The notes: generated from the letters alone by a model not told the origin. Counted from the stretch's first letter, positions 19,086-30,417 are shown. The stretch is 64,000 nucleotides of DNA from Oceanispirochaeta sp. (GCA_963666275.2 CAXXOA010000001.1:2144001-2208000), one strand, 5' to 3'. Program-made: numbers and translations.

Positions 19086-21205
19086 TGAACACCTCCCTGG
19101 ATCCTTTCGTATTTCTGCCTGTCTTTTTTCTGGGCGGACCATTCAAAGAGGGCCGGAATCAGCATGAGAACACCCGAGACGATAAGGCCGCTGCTCATAT
19201 TGGCGATCCTCTCTTTCTGATCCACATACTCATCATAATTACTGGAATGAGACAGAGCATAGGGATCGCTATCGATCAGGCCCAGAGTCAGGCCCAGCCC
19301 GGAAGCCAGGAGGCCTCCGGCTGTCCAGAGCCCGGCTTTTCTGCCATGGGAACTGATTGGCTGAAAGGTTACAAAAGCACTATTATCCATCCGGACTGTA
19401 ATATCCGTTTCATAGGGGAGATGACCTTCGCTCCAGATATAGATATCCCGGATTCCCAGGGGAAGAGCCGGGATAGTCTCTTCGGGATTATCAATTTTCA
19501 CACCGTCAATAAAGATCTGCATATCATTTCTGAAATTCCTGATTGTCAGAGAACCTCCTCCTCCGGATTTTAAAAGGTCCACTTCCGTGCTCCCCTGCAC
19601 TTCAAACTCTACCTTCTGATCCTCCCATTCGGGGACACCCTGAATACTGAGAGTCCAGGAACCTTCGCTTAAAACAACAGGATCATCAAAATCTGCCTGC
19701 AGTGTTTTCCCTTCAGAGCTGAAAAGAAAGTATTCGGACTGTCTGGTGGTAGCCTTGCCGAGGATCAGTTCCAGACTGCCTGAGTGATTCTGAGACTGTA
19801 TTTTCTCATAGTTGAGGATTTTTACAGGATAAGCGGTTTTGCCCTTAAGAGTAATTTCACTGAAACTTTTTTCAGAAAGATCAACTGTCATATCCGGATA
19901 AACAAGATCCTCCGACCTGAATGTGAGATTGTAGGAATCCGGAGGAAGCTGAATATCCAAAGGGGTGTTTCCCAGAAAACGACCGTCCCCGTATACTTCC
20001 ACCGCAGCCCCTTCCTCGTCTTCTATGCTCAGACGAATGAGTTTACCAGCCGCTGCTGTGATCAATTCTGTGGTTCCCGAAAGGGAGACAAGCCTTCTGA
20101 CAGCAGCGGAAAATTCCGTTGAAGTTCCCTCCACTCTCACCTGGGTCAATGGTTTTGTAAGATTCACATACAGGGGTACCCTGCCGGCTATCCTGTCATC
20201 TATGTAGACATAGGCCCCTTCCTCACCCAGTACAAGAAGATCCGATGAGGATTCCAGTTCTCCCAGGGAGTTGCTTTTCAGATTACTGACAGGGGTATTT
20301 TTTTCTGCATTCAGAACCCTGTGATTCCATTTGAGAATCTCGGCATAGCCTCTCTCTTCCAGAAAAGAAACAGCCTTGTCAATTCCGATAGAGAAAAAGA
20401 TACTGTTCCCATTTTCCAGTAGGGCTGTGTTGATCCCCACAACCTTTCCCTCTTCATTGACAAGAGGGCCCCCGGAATTCCCCTGACTGATAGCAGCATT
20501 GTGCTGTATACCCAGTTCATCATCCCGGAAGGCTGAAATATTCCCTTTATTCATGGAAACAACCCTGTCTTTAAAGATCCTTGTTATAGTCAGTCCCAGG
20601 GGATAACCGAAACTGTAAACGGTTTCTCCGATCAGGGAGCTGTTGATACTCTCCCTGTCAGCAAACTCTATTCCTGAAAAGGGATCCTCCCCTTTTATCT
20701 GCACCAGAGCCAGGTCATCCCCCTCTTCGTCAGAAACCTCCAGAACATCCGCATCATACTCTTTACCGTTGAGGATTCCCGTAAATCTGTAATCTCCCCG
20801 GGCAAACATGGTTTGAAAATCCAGAAGAACAGATCCCTTTTCAGTATCACTGAAATTGTATCCGTACTCTTCGATAAGAGACTGGGCCACGTCAGTTCCG
20901 ATCCTTTTCCGGGCACTTTCCAGATCTTTGAAAAGAACCACATGTCTGTTGGTCAGGATATATCCATCCGGATCTATAATAAAACCGGAGCCGGATTTGA
21001 CAGGAAAATAGGAATCAAGGAATTTCCTTTCAGCCAGTTCCTCCAGCTGCCGGATGAGATCCGGTTGGGAACAGGAAGAGGAGTCCAGGAGGAACATATG
21101 TTCCAGACTCACAATGGAATCTTTATGATCCTGATATAGAGTCTGGGAAAATATGTTTGTCAAAGAAATAGTAAAAAGGAGAATCGGGAAAAAATATCTG
21201 TTCAT
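19082..21205 (-). CDS. Secreted trypsin-like (S1C) serine protease with PEGA domains and C-terminal membrane anchor
   Basis: Triad motifs TNRHVV, DLALV and GNSGGPL; PEGA-like AYVYIDDRIAGRVP and VYGDGRFLGNTP; C-terminal hydrophobic helices. Confidence 0.85.
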   Translation of the reverse strand: MNRYFFPILLFTISLTNIFSQTLYQDHKDSIVSLEHMFLLDSSSCSQPDLIRQLEELAERKFLDSYFPVKSGSGFIIDPDGYILTNRHVVLFKDLESARKRIGTDVAQSLIEEYGYNFSDTEKGSVLLDFQTMFARGDYRFTGILNGKEYDADVLEVSDEEGDDLALVQIKGEDPFSGIEFADRESINSSLIGETVYSFGYPLGLTITRIFKDRVVSMNKGNISAFRDDELGIQHNAAISQGNSGGPLVNEEGKVVGINTALLENGNSIFFSIGIDKAVSFLEERGYAEILKWNHRVLNAEKNTPVSNLKSNSLGELESSSDLLVLGEEGAYVYIDDRIAGRVPLYVNLTKPLTQVRVEGTSTEFSAAVRRLVSLSGTTELITAAAGKLIRLSIEDEEGAAVEVYGDGRFLGNTPLDIQLPPDSYNLTFRSEDLVYPDMTVDLSEKSFSEITLKGKTAYPVKILNYEKIQSQNHSGSLELILGKATTRQSEYFLFSSEGKTLQADFDDPVVLSEGSWTLSIQGVPEWEDQKVEFEVQGSTEVDLLKSGGGGSLTIRNFRNDMQIFIDGVKIDNPEETIPALPLGIRDIYIWSEGHLPYETDITVRMDNSAFVTFQPISSHGRKAGLWTAGGLLASGLGLTLGLIDSDPYALSHSSNYDEYVDQKERIANMSSGLIVSGVLMLIPALFEWSAQKKDRQKYERIQGGVQ

Positions 21206-21375
21206 TGCCGCAAGCCTTTTGAATTATATTTTTTCCGAATCCTAGCATGATTTTTTCTCTTTTAATAGTAAAAGAAAATTTTTTTTAGGATATTCGATTC
21301 ATTTTTTAATGTTCTGACGTTAACGAGGATGGCATAAAAACTGCCAGGGGAATGGAATAATTTTAATGGAACATA

Positions 21376-21414
21376 TTCCGGCCTCCCCCGGTTATCTGAG
21401 CGGGGAGACCGGAA
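21376..21414 (-). terminator. Hairpin downstream of the URO-D family gene
   Basis: Imperfect inverted repeat TTCCGGCCTCCCC / GGGGAGACCGGAA. Confidence 0.45.
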
Positions 21415-21424
21415 GAACAGGGAA

Positions 21425-22573
21425 TCAGGCCCGGCGATCCTGTCCGTAAAAAGAGAGAATATTCCGTACAGGAACATCCCCCTGAATATAGTGGGCGGAG
21501 GCGCAGATATAGCCGCCGTCTTTTCCCAGGGTTTTACACAGATATCGGGTTTCCTCAGCCACATCCTCTACGGTTCCGTAGGGAAGGGTTTTCTGAAGGT
21601 CCCCTCCTCCGTGAAAACAGATCCTGTCGCCGTAGGTATTTTTGATAAACTCCATATCCATCCCTTTGGCCCGGGGCTGCAGGGGGTTGAGGATATCAAT
21701 ATCCAGTTCATCGATAAAGGCGGGGATAAGATCGATCACCGAACCGCAGGAGTGGTACATAAGTTTAACATCGTACTGACGGATCACCTTATTCAGCTTC
21801 TGATGGAAGGGCAGGATATATTTCCGCCACATATCCGGAGACATCATCAGTCCGTCCTGCACGGCCACATCATCATAGGTATACACCATGTCCACCAGGT
21901 GTTCCGCTTTTCCCATAAGAGCTTTGAAGTTGTCTATAAACCTCTGTGTATAACAGTCCATAATGGTACAGACCAGATCGGGGTTTTCATAAAACCCCAT
22001 AAGAAAGTTATCCAGCCCGTAGAGCCCCCAGGCGGACTCGAATATACCGCCTATATCGTAACGGATATGATAGGGTGCTTTTTTGTTGGCCCGCTCCACT
22101 TTGGGAGCGAAACTGTCCCAGTCCCACCAGCTGCTGTCGGGCCACTTCTCCCACTGCTCAATCTGGGCGGAGGTTTTCATTTCCGCCAGGGGAAATCCGG
22201 CGTACTCTTCGTAGCGGGAATAGCCGTTATCCACAATTTTTCTCAAAGAACCCCAGATACTGTAGAACGTGCCGTCTTCATTTTTCTGCGGCTCCGGTCC
22301 TATGTAATCGGGAGTAATGATCCGGCAGTCCACTCCCAGAAGATCCATCAGTTCATGGCCGCTTGAAATTCCGAAGAAATCCAGAAGAGAATCCCAGGTT
22401 TCGGGAACTCCCCAGAAATCAAAGGGCACACGATCGGTGCTTTTATGATCAAGAGCTCTTGTGACTCTCTCGTGGGGGGAGAATTCCTCCTGCCGGGGAG
22501 AACCATAAATATTCTGAAACCAGGCTTTGGCTTCTTCAGGGGAGCAGCTGCTCCAGTCGGGTCTGTTTTTCAA
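21425..22573 (-). CDS. Uroporphyrinogen decarboxylase family protein (MtaA/CmuA-like methyltransferase superfamily)
   Basis: DRVP, YDD, MMSPDMWR, YHSCG, LNPLQP, FHGG-D-QKTLPYGT and GGYI motifs. Confidence 0.85.
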   Translation of the reverse strand: MKNRPDWSSCSPEEAKAWFQNIYGSPRQEEFSPHERVTRALDHKSTDRVPFDFWGVPETWDSLLDFFGISSGHELMDLLGVDCRIITPDYIGPEPQKNEDGTFYSIWGSLRKIVDNGYSRYEEYAGFPLAEMKTSAQIEQWEKWPDSSWWDWDSFAPKVERANKKAPYHIRYDIGGIFESAWGLYGLDNFLMGFYENPDLVCTIMDCYTQRFIDNFKALMGKAEHLVDMVYTYDDVAVQDGLMMSPDMWRKYILPFHQKLNKVIRQYDVKLMYHSCGSVIDLIPAFIDELDIDILNPLQPRAKGMDMEFIKNTYGDRICFHGGGDLQKTLPYGTVEDVAEETRYLCKTLGKDGGYICASAHYIQGDVPVRNILSFYGQDRRA

Positions 22574-22678
22574 TGATTATTTCTCCTTACTCTCCGGAAT
22601 GGATCTATCCGGTATAATATAAAAGGGTTATACAGGCCTGAACCCGAACTCTTCTTTCCCTCCGGGACAAAAGACATG

Positions 22679-23404
22679 TTACGACTCCCTCCTGAGGAAA
22701 GAAAGGACCCTCTCTCCCCGGCTGTTAAGCAGTTCAAGGGTATCCCCATTGACAGCAAAGGAAGTCACCAGGGCCAGATGCTCAAAATACTCCTGTTCAA
22801 TATATTCCCCGAAACACGCTTTTTTTGTAGAAATTGAAGGTCCCAGCGCCATGGTCGCCAGGTTCAGCTCCAGGATACGGCCTGTATAGGAATTACATCC
22901 TCCGGAACCGCTGAACTGCATCGTCTCCAGCCGAATCTCAAGATCCGGCAGGACAACCATTCTGTTGAGAGGACGATCATTCATAGCAGCCAGAATCCAC
23001 TCCCCTTCCAATCCGTTCCTGGGATCTACCTGCCTCTCAAGTTCTTCTATCAGGGTGTATTTCCATGTCGAAGCATCAGCGGGTACATTGTCTCTCTCTT
23101 CTCTCAAAACAGATATTTTTCTCAGAAAACCCTTTTCAAATACAAATCCTTCTATGGGAGAGGAAAAAATCTCCCACCGGGCCTCAGCAAGGTTCTCTCC
23201 CTTATAGACAAGAAGGGACATCTGCTCTCCCGCTCCTGCAGAGCTCATGGTTTTAAAGCCGCTGATCCAGAAATTTTCCTGTTGCGCCTTTTGTGCAGAA
23301 GCACAGCCTATCAGAATGCTGAGAAGGATCAAGCCTAAGAGGATGTGAAAGATCTTTCCGGGATACTTCCCAGAAAGGAAATCCGGAGACACTCTATTTC
23401 TCAA
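22679..23404 (-). CDS. META domain (HslJ-like) lipoprotein
   Basis: Lipobox LIGC; FSGSGGCNSYTG and STKKAC META motifs. Confidence 0.8.
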   Translation of the reverse strand: MRNRVSPDFLSGKYPGKIFHILLGLILLSILIGCASAQKAQQENFWISGFKTMSSAGAGEQMSLLVYKGENLAEARWEIFSSPIEGFVFEKGFLRKISVLREERDNVPADASTWKYTLIEELERQVDPRNGLEGEWILAAMNDRPLNRMVVLPDLEIRLETMQFSGSGGCNSYTGRILELNLATMALGPSISTKKACFGEYIEQEYFEHLALVTSFAVNGDTLELLNSRGERVLSFLRRES

Positions 23405-24578
23405 GGAAGCTCTCTCCCCGAGTCATGGGTTTTACGCCGAAATAGTCCGTAAGGGAGGCTGCCAGATCGGCAAAACTGCTTCTGATACCAACAGATCCGG
23501 CTTTGCCGCCTTTCCGGTACCACAGAAGAGGCACATGCTCTCTGGTATGGTCTGTTCCTGTAAAGGCGGGATCGCATCCGTGATCACCTGTAATGATAAG
23601 AACATCTCCCGGTTCCATGGATTCCATGTATTCCGGAAGGGCCGCATCTATAGCGGAAACGGCATCACCGTATCCTTTGATATCCCGGCGGTGTCCGTAG
23701 ATCATGTCTGTGTCCACCAGATTGACGAAAACAAACTCCCTCTCCCCCGATGGCTTTGAGAGGATCTCCTTTGTCCGGGCCATACAGGCTTCGTTTCCGG
23801 CGTCATGAAAACTCTCTGTTATACCGGATTCATTGAAAATGGAACCGATTTTTCCTACCGCTACGGTTTTGACTCCCTCTTTCTGCAGATGATCAAGGAT
23901 GGAATCTCCCGGCAGAGCAATACTGTAGTCGTGTCTCTCTTTGGTACGGTAGAATTTGCTGGGCAGGCCCGCAAAAGGCCGGGCGATAACCCTTCCCACA
24001 GCCAGGGGATCGCAGAGCTTCCTGGCGATCTCGCACATTTCATAGAGTTCTTCGATGGTGTAGCGGTCCATATGAACGGCGATCTGAAAAACAGAATCCG
24101 CCGAGGTATAGCAGATGGGATACCCGGTATTCAGATGTTCCTCTCCCAGTTCTTCAATAATCACGGTACCGCTGGCTGCCTTGTTTCCCAGGATTCCTTT
24201 GCAGCCTGTTTTTTCAATGAAAGCCTGTACCAGATCATCAGGAAAAGAAGGATATTCCTTGGGAAACTGATGGAAGGGTTTATCCAGAACCAGACCGGCC
24301 ATTTCCCAGTGCCCGGTGGTGGTATCTTTTCCGGGGGACTTTTCGGCCATAACGCCATAAAGAGCCGAGGGCTTCTCCACAGCCTCACAGCCGGGAAGTG
24401 GATTGCCCAGCAGTTCAGAAGCGTTTCCCAGTCCCATGGCTTTCATATGGGGCCAGAGAGGTCCCGGGATATTCTCACAGATATGTAGAGCCGTATTGGA
24501 TCCTTTATCGCCGTAGCTGTCCGCATCGGGAAGTTCCCCGATTCCGAAACTGTCAATAACCAGAACTGTTGCCCGCAT
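23394..24578 (-). CDS. deoB: Phosphopentomutase
   Basis: [39 protein letters not shown] and HTREHVP motifs. ATG at 24578 follows a GGAGG RBS. Confidence 0.96.
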   Translation of the reverse strand: MRATVLVIDSFGIGELPDADSYGDKGSNTALHICENIPGPLWPHMKAMGLGNASELLGNPLPGCEAVEKPSALYGVMAEKSPGKDTTTGHWEMAGLVLDKPFHQFPKEYPSFPDDLVQAFIEKTGCKGILGNKAASGTVIIEELGEEHLNTGYPICYTSADSVFQIAVHMDRYTIEELYEMCEIARKLCDPLAVGRVIARPFAGLPSKFYRTKERHDYSIALPGDSILDHLQKEGVKTVAVGKIGSIFNESGITESFHDAGNEACMARTKEILSKPSGEREFVFVNLVDTDMIYGHRRDIKGYGDAVSAIDAALPEYMESMEPGDVLIITGDHGCDPAFTGTDHTREHVPLLWYRKGGKAGSVGIRSSFADLAASLTDYFGVKPMTRGESFLEK

Positions 24579-25227
24579 CCTTTCCTCCCTGCACAATGGC
24601 AATCCCCGCACTGGCACCCAGGCGGTCGGCTCCGGCTTCAATCATAGCCAGAGCGGTTTTACGGTCCCGGATGCCACCGGCAGCCTTCACCTGTATATCC
24701 GGGACTGTTTTTCTCATAAGAGCCACATCTTCCACGGTAGCGCCGGTAGGACCGAATCCTGTGGATGTCTTTACAAAATCCGCCCCGGCCTCCCGGGAAA
24801 GTACGCAGGCTCTGACGATTTCCTCTTTGCTGAGATAGCAGTTTTCCAGAATCACCTTGACCCCGGCCGATCCGGACGCATCCACGACGGCTTTGATATC
24901 ATTGCGGACATAGTCGAAGTCACCCTCTTTCATTTTACCCACGTTGATCACCATATCCACTTCCCGGGCGCCCTCTTTCACAGCCAGAGCCGTTTCCGCT
25001 GCTTTCGCCTCGGAAGCCATGGCACCCAGAGGAAACCCCACGACCACACAGGTCATCACATCGGATCCCTTCAGTTTTTCTGCCACAAGAGAGGTATAGC
25101 AGCCGTTCACACAGACCGAAGCAAAATCATGCTCCAGGGCTTCTTCGCATATTTTTTCTATTTCCGCCGGTGTGGCGGCCGCCTTTAACAGGGTATGATC
25201 AATATATTTTGATAATTTCTTTTCCAT
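24553..25227 (-). CDS. deoC: Deoxyribose-phosphate aldolase
   Basis: [22 protein letters not shown] and VKAAGGIR motifs. Confidence 0.97.
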   Translation of the reverse strand: MEKKLSKYIDHTLLKAAATPAEIEKICEEALEHDFASVCVNGCYTSLVAEKLKGSDVMTCVVVGFPLGAMASEAKAAETALAVKEGAREVDMVINVGKMKEGDFDYVRNDIKAVVDASGSAGVKVILENCYLSKEEIVRACVLSREAGADFVKTSTGFGPTGATVEDVALMRKTVPDIQVKAAGGIRDRKTALAMIEAGADRLGASAGIAIVQGGKDAGNSSGY

Positions 25228-25356
25228 GTTTAACCTCTTTTATTCAGATAATAATCAGAAAAGACGCGATAAATCGCGTCTCCACAGTTTCTTGTGATAT
25301 TTTTAATTGTATAATGGCTTGTTCATGGATACAAGAAGAAGCTGATCATGTATGAC

Positions 25357-26568
25357 CTATAGCTCCGGGTCCTGAACGGACAGGATAGCCAGACCTCCCA
25401 GAGAGGTTTCCCTGTAGGTGCTCATCAGATCCCTTCCTGTCCGGGTCATGGTTTCCACAGCTTCATCGAACTGGATCTTATGGGATCCATCGCTCAAAAG
25501 GGAAAATTCCGCATTGGCAATGGCCCTGCTGGCCCCCATAACATTCCTTTCGATACAGGGAATCTGTACCAGTCCGAAAATGGGATCGCAGGTCAGCCCC
25601 AGGTGGTGCTCCAGAGCCATTTCCGCAGCGTACTCCACCTGCCGGGGGGTTCCGCCCATCATCTGAACCGCCGCCCCCGCCGCCATGGAACTGGCAACGC
25701 CGACTTCGCCCTGACAGCCCACTTCGGCCCCTGAGATAGATCCGTTGGTTCTGACAACATTGCCCAGGAGTCCCGCTGTGGCCAGGGCCCGGATCTGGTC
25801 GGTTTCACTGAGGCTGAATACCTCTTTCATATATCTGAGAACTGCCGGAAGGACACCCGCAGCGCCGCAGGTGGGTGCTGTAACCACAATGCCTCCGGAG
25901 GCATTCATTTCAGAAACCGCCAGGGCATAGGAGAAGAGTCTTGCCGATGTGGAAAGGGGCTTTTTCAGCATGTCCGCCCTTTTATGGTACATACTGGCCT
26001 TTCTTGTAAGACCCAGCCGGCCCGGCAGGACCCCTTCGGTCTCCAGTCCCTCCTGCATGGTTCTCATCATCCTTCTGAGAACTTCCCTGAGAAAATCCCG
26101 GATGCCCTCTCCCTCATGCTGATAGACATACTCCCAGAGGGTAATCCCCTTTTTGTTGCAGTCCTTGAGAATCTCCCGCATATTGTTATGGGGATAGACC
26201 TGTGAGGATCCTTCAGCCGCGGCATCTCCGGAAGTCCGGATGGAACCGCCTCCGATACTGTAGCCTTCCCATTCTCCCAGAAGAGTGTTTCCTTTCCAGG
26301 CTTCCAGTTTCAGTCCGTTGGGATGCTCGGGCATCTCCTCCTCGGGAAACCAGTGAAACTCCACATTCTTATTTCCAAAAGTATCTTTTATAACCTGATC
26401 CGTCAGGTGTCCCTTTCCGGTGGCCGCCAGGCTGCCGTAAAGACTGACTCTGTAGATCTCTGCATCGGGATGCTGTATGAGAAAGGCAGCAGCCGCTTTC
26501 TGGGGCCCCATGGTATGGCTGCTGGAGGGTCCGTTTCCCACCTTGTATAAACTTCTTATTGAATCCAT
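25357..26568 (-). CDS. sdaA: L-serine ammonia-lyase, Fe-S dependent (fused beta/alpha)
   Basis: GPSSSHTMGP, TAPTCG, GAEVGCQGEVG, LTCDP and PCIERN motifs. Confidence 0.93.
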   Translation of the reverse strand: MDSIRSLYKVGNGPSSSHTMGPQKAAAAFLIQHPDAEIYRVSLYGSLAATGKGHLTDQVIKDTFGNKNVEFHWFPEEEMPEHPNGLKLEAWKGNTLLGEWEGYSIGGGSIRTSGDAAAEGSSQVYPHNNMREILKDCNKKGITLWEYVYQHEGEGIRDFLREVLRRMMRTMQEGLETEGVLPGRLGLTRKASMYHKRADMLKKPLSTSARLFSYALAVSEMNASGGIVVTAPTCGAAGVLPAVLRYMKEVFSLSETDQIRALATAGLLGNVVRTNGSISGAEVGCQGEVGVASSMAAGAAVQMMGGTPRQVEYAAEMALEHHLGLTCDPIFGLVQIPCIERNVMGASRAIANAEFSLLSDGSHKIQFDEAVETMTRTGRDLMSTYRETSLGGLAILSVQDPEL

Positions 26569-26588
26569 CTGATTCTCTCCTCTCCTGT

Positions 26589-27716
26589 CTACCAGCTGAT
26601 TGTCCGGCCGTTATCTTCCAGACACTGTTCCAGGTACTCCCTGTTCAAATCCAGTTTATCTGTAATTTTCCTGAAAAGGTCCACACTGATCAGGTTCTGT
26701 TCCACATAGAGGAAGAGCAGAGCCTTCTCGGCCAGGCAGGGAACCTTAAGGGAATTCATAATCACAGAGGAGTGCCTGTAATCTTCCTCCCCTTCGTTCA
26801 TAATGCTGCTGTAGAGAGCACTTTTTGATACATCCTCTTTGAGGAACCGGAGTTCCTTTACAAGAATATCCGTATTGCCCGAAGCCGCAGCTTCTCCCAG
26901 GGGCTTCAGCGTGAAATAGGTATACTCCTTACCCGGCAGAAAATGGTGCTTGTCACAGCGGGTGCAGTAGTTGGGTTCCAGGGGATCCTCTTTCTGCCTG
27001 TCTCCTCCGATGATGATCAGAGGATCGAAGTAGAGTGCCGGGCACTCCTGACCTTTCACGCGGTAATAGCGGTAGGTGTAGAAAGAGTCGCTTATGCAGT
27101 CCGAATGTTCGCAGTAGGCTGTCAGAGGAAACACATCGGTCGCCGTTTCTATGAGCAGACGGGCCGTGGAGTTGAAGATATCCCTTCTGAAGTTGAGGAT
27201 CAGCGTGGGATAGACAAAAACAAGCCCCTTCTTTTCTGAAGCGTTTTTAATAACATAGGCCATACGTTCATCAAAAAAAGAGGCCTCATCGATAATCCAG
27301 GTCCCCATTTCGGGAAAGTCTTCAATGAGTTTTTCAAGATCGAAGGAGTTCCGGATCTTGGCAATCTGCTTACCAAGACGTTCATACCCCCCTCTGTAGG
27401 CCAGAGCATCTTCGGGATACTCTTCAAAACGTTTTTCATCAAGGGCGGACCGGACAAAAAAGACATTCCTTCGGTCTCCGTGGACAGTACGTGTTTTTTC
27501 TGCCACCAGGTCGGATTTTTCCAGGGTGACCCGGGCATCTCTCCAGATTCTGGCGGAATATTCGGTTTTTCCCGAACCCATGGGGCCGATAACGAGGATC
27601 CTCCTGGCAGGTCTTGTAAAATCAAAATGGTTAAATGAGTGGTGAACCTGAATAGCCGGAAACCCCAGACTTTTCAGAAAATCTCCGGAATCCTGTGCAG
27701 GCAGATCATCCTTCAT
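26589..27716 (-). CDS. tdk: Thymidine kinase (long spirochaete type)
   Basis: P-loop GPMGSGKT, IDEASF, Zn-binding C..C motifs and IIIGG. Confidence 0.88.
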   Translation of the reverse strand: MKDDLPAQDSGDFLKSLGFPAIQVHHSFNHFDFTRPARRILVIGPMGSGKTEYSARIWRDARVTLEKSDLVAEKTRTVHGDRRNVFFVRSALDEKRFEEYPEDALAYRGGYERLGKQIAKIRNSFDLEKLIEDFPEMGTWIIDEASFFDERMAYVIKNASEKKGLVFVYPTLILNFRRDIFNSTARLLIETATDVFPLTAYCEHSDCISDSFYTYRYYRVKGQECPALYFDPLIIIGGDRQKEDPLEPNYCTRCDKHHFLPGKEYTYFTLKPLGEAAASGNTDILVKELRFLKEDVSKSALYSSIMNEGEEDYRHSSVIMNSLKVPCLAEKALLFLYVEQNLISVDLFRKITDKLDLNREYLEQCLEDNGRTISW

Positions 27717-27872
27717 GTATCCTTCCTTGAGTTGGTGTATTTAATTGGTTGAAACCTCTTATAACAGGGGTCCTGAATACTACCCCCGGAAGAGAAAGAT
27801 TTCAATATATTAAACAGAAGTCTTTATTTAACCGATTATACAATAAGGACACCTGAATTCGAGAAGGAAAAA

Positions 27873-30398
27873 ATGAAAAGATTACACATAAGCGGCTTAT
27901 TAATGACTCTGGCACTACTGATCCTCCCCTTCGGATGTGCTTCAACCCCTGAAGAAGATGTAGAGGTTGTAGAAGAAACACCCCCGGAAGAACCAGTGGA
28001 TGAAACCAGCCTGATGGCTATGGTAGCCAACAGCGATCAGGCCGGACTGGAAGAACTCTTCAAAGTAGATGTGGATGTGAATGAACGGGATGAAAAAGGC
28101 CAGACACCTCTGCATATTGCAGCTGCCGCCGGAAATACCCGCATAATGCAGCTCCTTCTGCTTCAGAAAGCGGATCCCGACAGCCGGAACAACGAAGGAA
28201 AAACTCCTCTACACCTGGCGATCGCCAACAGTCATCCTGATGCGGCGGAGCTCCTTGTCAGTAACAGAGCGGACATATTTATCACCGATAACGGGAACAT
28301 GAGCAGTGCGGAACTGGCATTCAATAAGGGAATGACCATGATGGAAGCGGTCTATACTCCGGAGAATGTCAATTCCGGAACTGTATCGGCTGGCTCACTG
28401 GTTCATCTGGCGGCCCAGGCGGGGAATTCCGGGGCGGCGGAGCTCCTCATCTCCCTGAAAGCCGATATCAACAGCTGCAATACCGCAGGACTTCTGCCTG
28501 TAGACCTGGCTCTGAACAACAGAAACAGTCTGGAGAAAGCCAGAACCGCATCTGTACTGATCAGAGCCGGATCCTATCAGGGAAGGGATCAGGATTTTCA
28601 CTATGCCTTTATCCTTTTTAATCAGAACGATATGAATACCCGCTTTGAATTCGGTCAGACAGCCCTTCACCTGGCATCCGAAAGGGGTCATGAGGGAATG
28701 GTCAAACTGCTGCTTGAACTGGGAGCGGACATTTCCTCCAGGGACAAACCGGGGAACACACCCCTTCACAGCGCAGTACGAGGGGGCTATAAAAATATCG
28801 TAGCCACTCTGATTCAGGCCGGAGCGGATGTGAATGCCACCGACTACAACAGCAATGTCCCACTTCATATGGCACTGACACTGGACAATAACCTGGATAT
28901 TCTGCAGATGCTCCTCAATGCGGGAGCCGATGTGAATGCCAAGAACAGCTTTGGAAACACCCCTCTGCATCTGACTGTTACCCTGAACAAGGAACAGACT
29001 CTGGCAGAACTGCTGATGCAGTACGGGGCCTCTATTGAAAGCCGGAATAAACGGGGAAATACACCCCTTTTTGAAGCGGTGGATAAATCCAATGCGGAGA
29101 TAGCTCTTCTGCTGCTGGGAAAAGAGGCGGATATCTTTGCCAGAAACAAAGAAGGCACCTCTCCCCTGTCCATAGCCATAACAAAAGGCGTCAGTGTTCT
29201 CTCCTGGTTTCTGGACAGCTCCAATGTGAACAGCCAGGACAACGAGGGGAACAGTCCTCTTCATCTGGCCGTGATGATGAACGCCCCGATTGATGTGTTC
29301 CGCTATCTTCTGGAGCAGGGCGCTCTCATCGACAACAGGAATCTGTCGGGAGATACGCCCTTTCATCTAGCAGTTGAGAAAGAGTACCTGGAACTGACAG
29401 ACCTCTTTCAGGTGAACGGAGGAGATTTTTATGTGGAGAACAATGCGGGAGAGACAGCCCTGACCATGGCTTTTGCAAAAGGGGCCGAGTTTGTGGAAGC
29501 CTTTCTGCTGGATTCTTCTCTTGAAAAAGCCGATGCTCTGCGCTACACCCCTCTGTTTCACAGTATCCTCTGGGAGAGACCGGACATAGTTCGTGTACTC
29601 CTGAACCGGGGTGCTGAACTGAACAGCGTCAGCCTTATCGGATCCACTCCCCTTCACGAGGCCGTGAAAACAGGAAATCTTGAGGTAACCGGAATCCTTC
29701 TGAGAGCCGGGGCGGATATCGATGCGGTGGACAATCAGGGCAATACCCCCCTTCACGAGATCGTCTACTGGAACTCTCTGGATCTGGCGGAACTGCTGAT
29801 CTCTGCGGGTGCGGATATCAATAAAAAGAACAGAGAGGGGCGGTCCCCCTTTTATGAAGCTGTCCTTTCCGGTGATTTTGAAATGACAAGCTACCTTATC
29901 AAAAAAGGCGCCGACATAGACACAAGGGAGAATACAGGCAAAACACCACTGTTTGATACCATTGTCGATGCCAATACCTCTCTGATGGAGCTTCTGATCA
30001 GCCAGGGTGCCTCCATACAGAAAAGAGACAACCAGGGGAATACGCCGCTCCATGTGGCCGTTATTGTGGAGAACCGCCAGGCCATCCAGTTTCTCTTTGA
30101 TCTGAATGCGGATATTTTTGCCAGGAACAAACAGGACACTTCTCCTCTGATGCTTGTCTTCCGCAAGGGCAATGAATCGGTGGACTGGTTTATGAATCCC
30201 CGGAATATCAATGCCATGGACAACAACGGGAATACTCCCCTTCACGTAGCAGCCCAGATGAAGGCTCCTGTCAGTACCATCCAGCTTCTGCTGGACAAGG
30301 GAGCTGAAATTGATGCCCGGAACAACCGGGGAGAAACTCCCTATGACGTAGCGGTAAGCGCAAAATATGAAGCCGCTCTGGATGTTCTGAAACCCTGA
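27873..30398 (+). CDS. Ankyrin-repeat lipoprotein (about 20 repeats)
   Basis: Lipobox PFGC; many G-TPLH-A ... GADVN repeats. Confidence 0.92.
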   Translation: MKRLHISGLLMTLALLILPFGCASTPEEDVEVVEETPPEEPVDETSLMAMVANSDQAGLEELFKVDVDVNERDEKGQTPLHIAAAAGNTRIMQLLLLQKADPDSRNNEGKTPLHLAIANSHPDAAELLVSNRADIFITDNGNMSSAELAFNKGMTMMEAVYTPENVNSGTVSAGSLVHLAAQAGNSGAAELLISLKADINSCNTAGLLPVDLALNNRNSLEKARTASVLIRAGSYQGRDQDFHYAFILFNQNDMNTRFEFGQTALHLASERGHEGMVKLLLELGADISSRDKPGNTPLHSAVRGGYKNIVATLIQAGADVNATDYNSNVPLHMALTLDNNLDILQMLLNAGADVNAKNSFGNTPLHLTVTLNKEQTLAELLMQYGASIESRNKRGNTPLFEAVDKSNAEIALLLLGKEADIFARNKEGTSPLSIAITKGVSVLSWFLDSSNVNSQDNEGNSPLHLAVMMNAPIDVFRYLLEQGALIDNRNLSGDTPFHLAVEKEYLELTDLFQVNGGDFYVENNAGETALTMAFAKGAEFVEAFLLDSSLEKADALRYTPLFHSILWERPDIVRVLLNRGAELNSVSLIGSTPLHEAVKTGNLEVTGILLRAGADIDAVDNQGNTPLHEIVYWNSLDLAELLISAGADINKKNREGRSPFYEAVLSGDFEMTSYLIKKGADIDTRENTGKTPLFDTIVDANTSLMELLISQGASIQKRDNQGNTPLHVAVIVENRQAIQFLFDLNADIFARNKQDTSPLMLVFRKGNESVDWFMNPRNINAMDNNGNTPLHVAAQMKAPVSTIQLLLDKGAEIDARNNRGETPYDVAVSAKYEAALDVLKP

Positions 30399-30417
30399 TT
30401 TCTGACTGTAATGCACG

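Noticed and set aside
21425..22573. hemE (bona fide uroporphyrinogen decarboxylase)
   Set aside because: Lacks the N-terminal RQAGR motif and has the HSCG Zn-type motif of the methyltransferase-like branch.
24553..24641. deoC-deoB fusion or frameshift
   Set aside because: deoB has its own GGAGG RBS and ATG at 24578; the 26-nt overlap is ordinary translational coupling.
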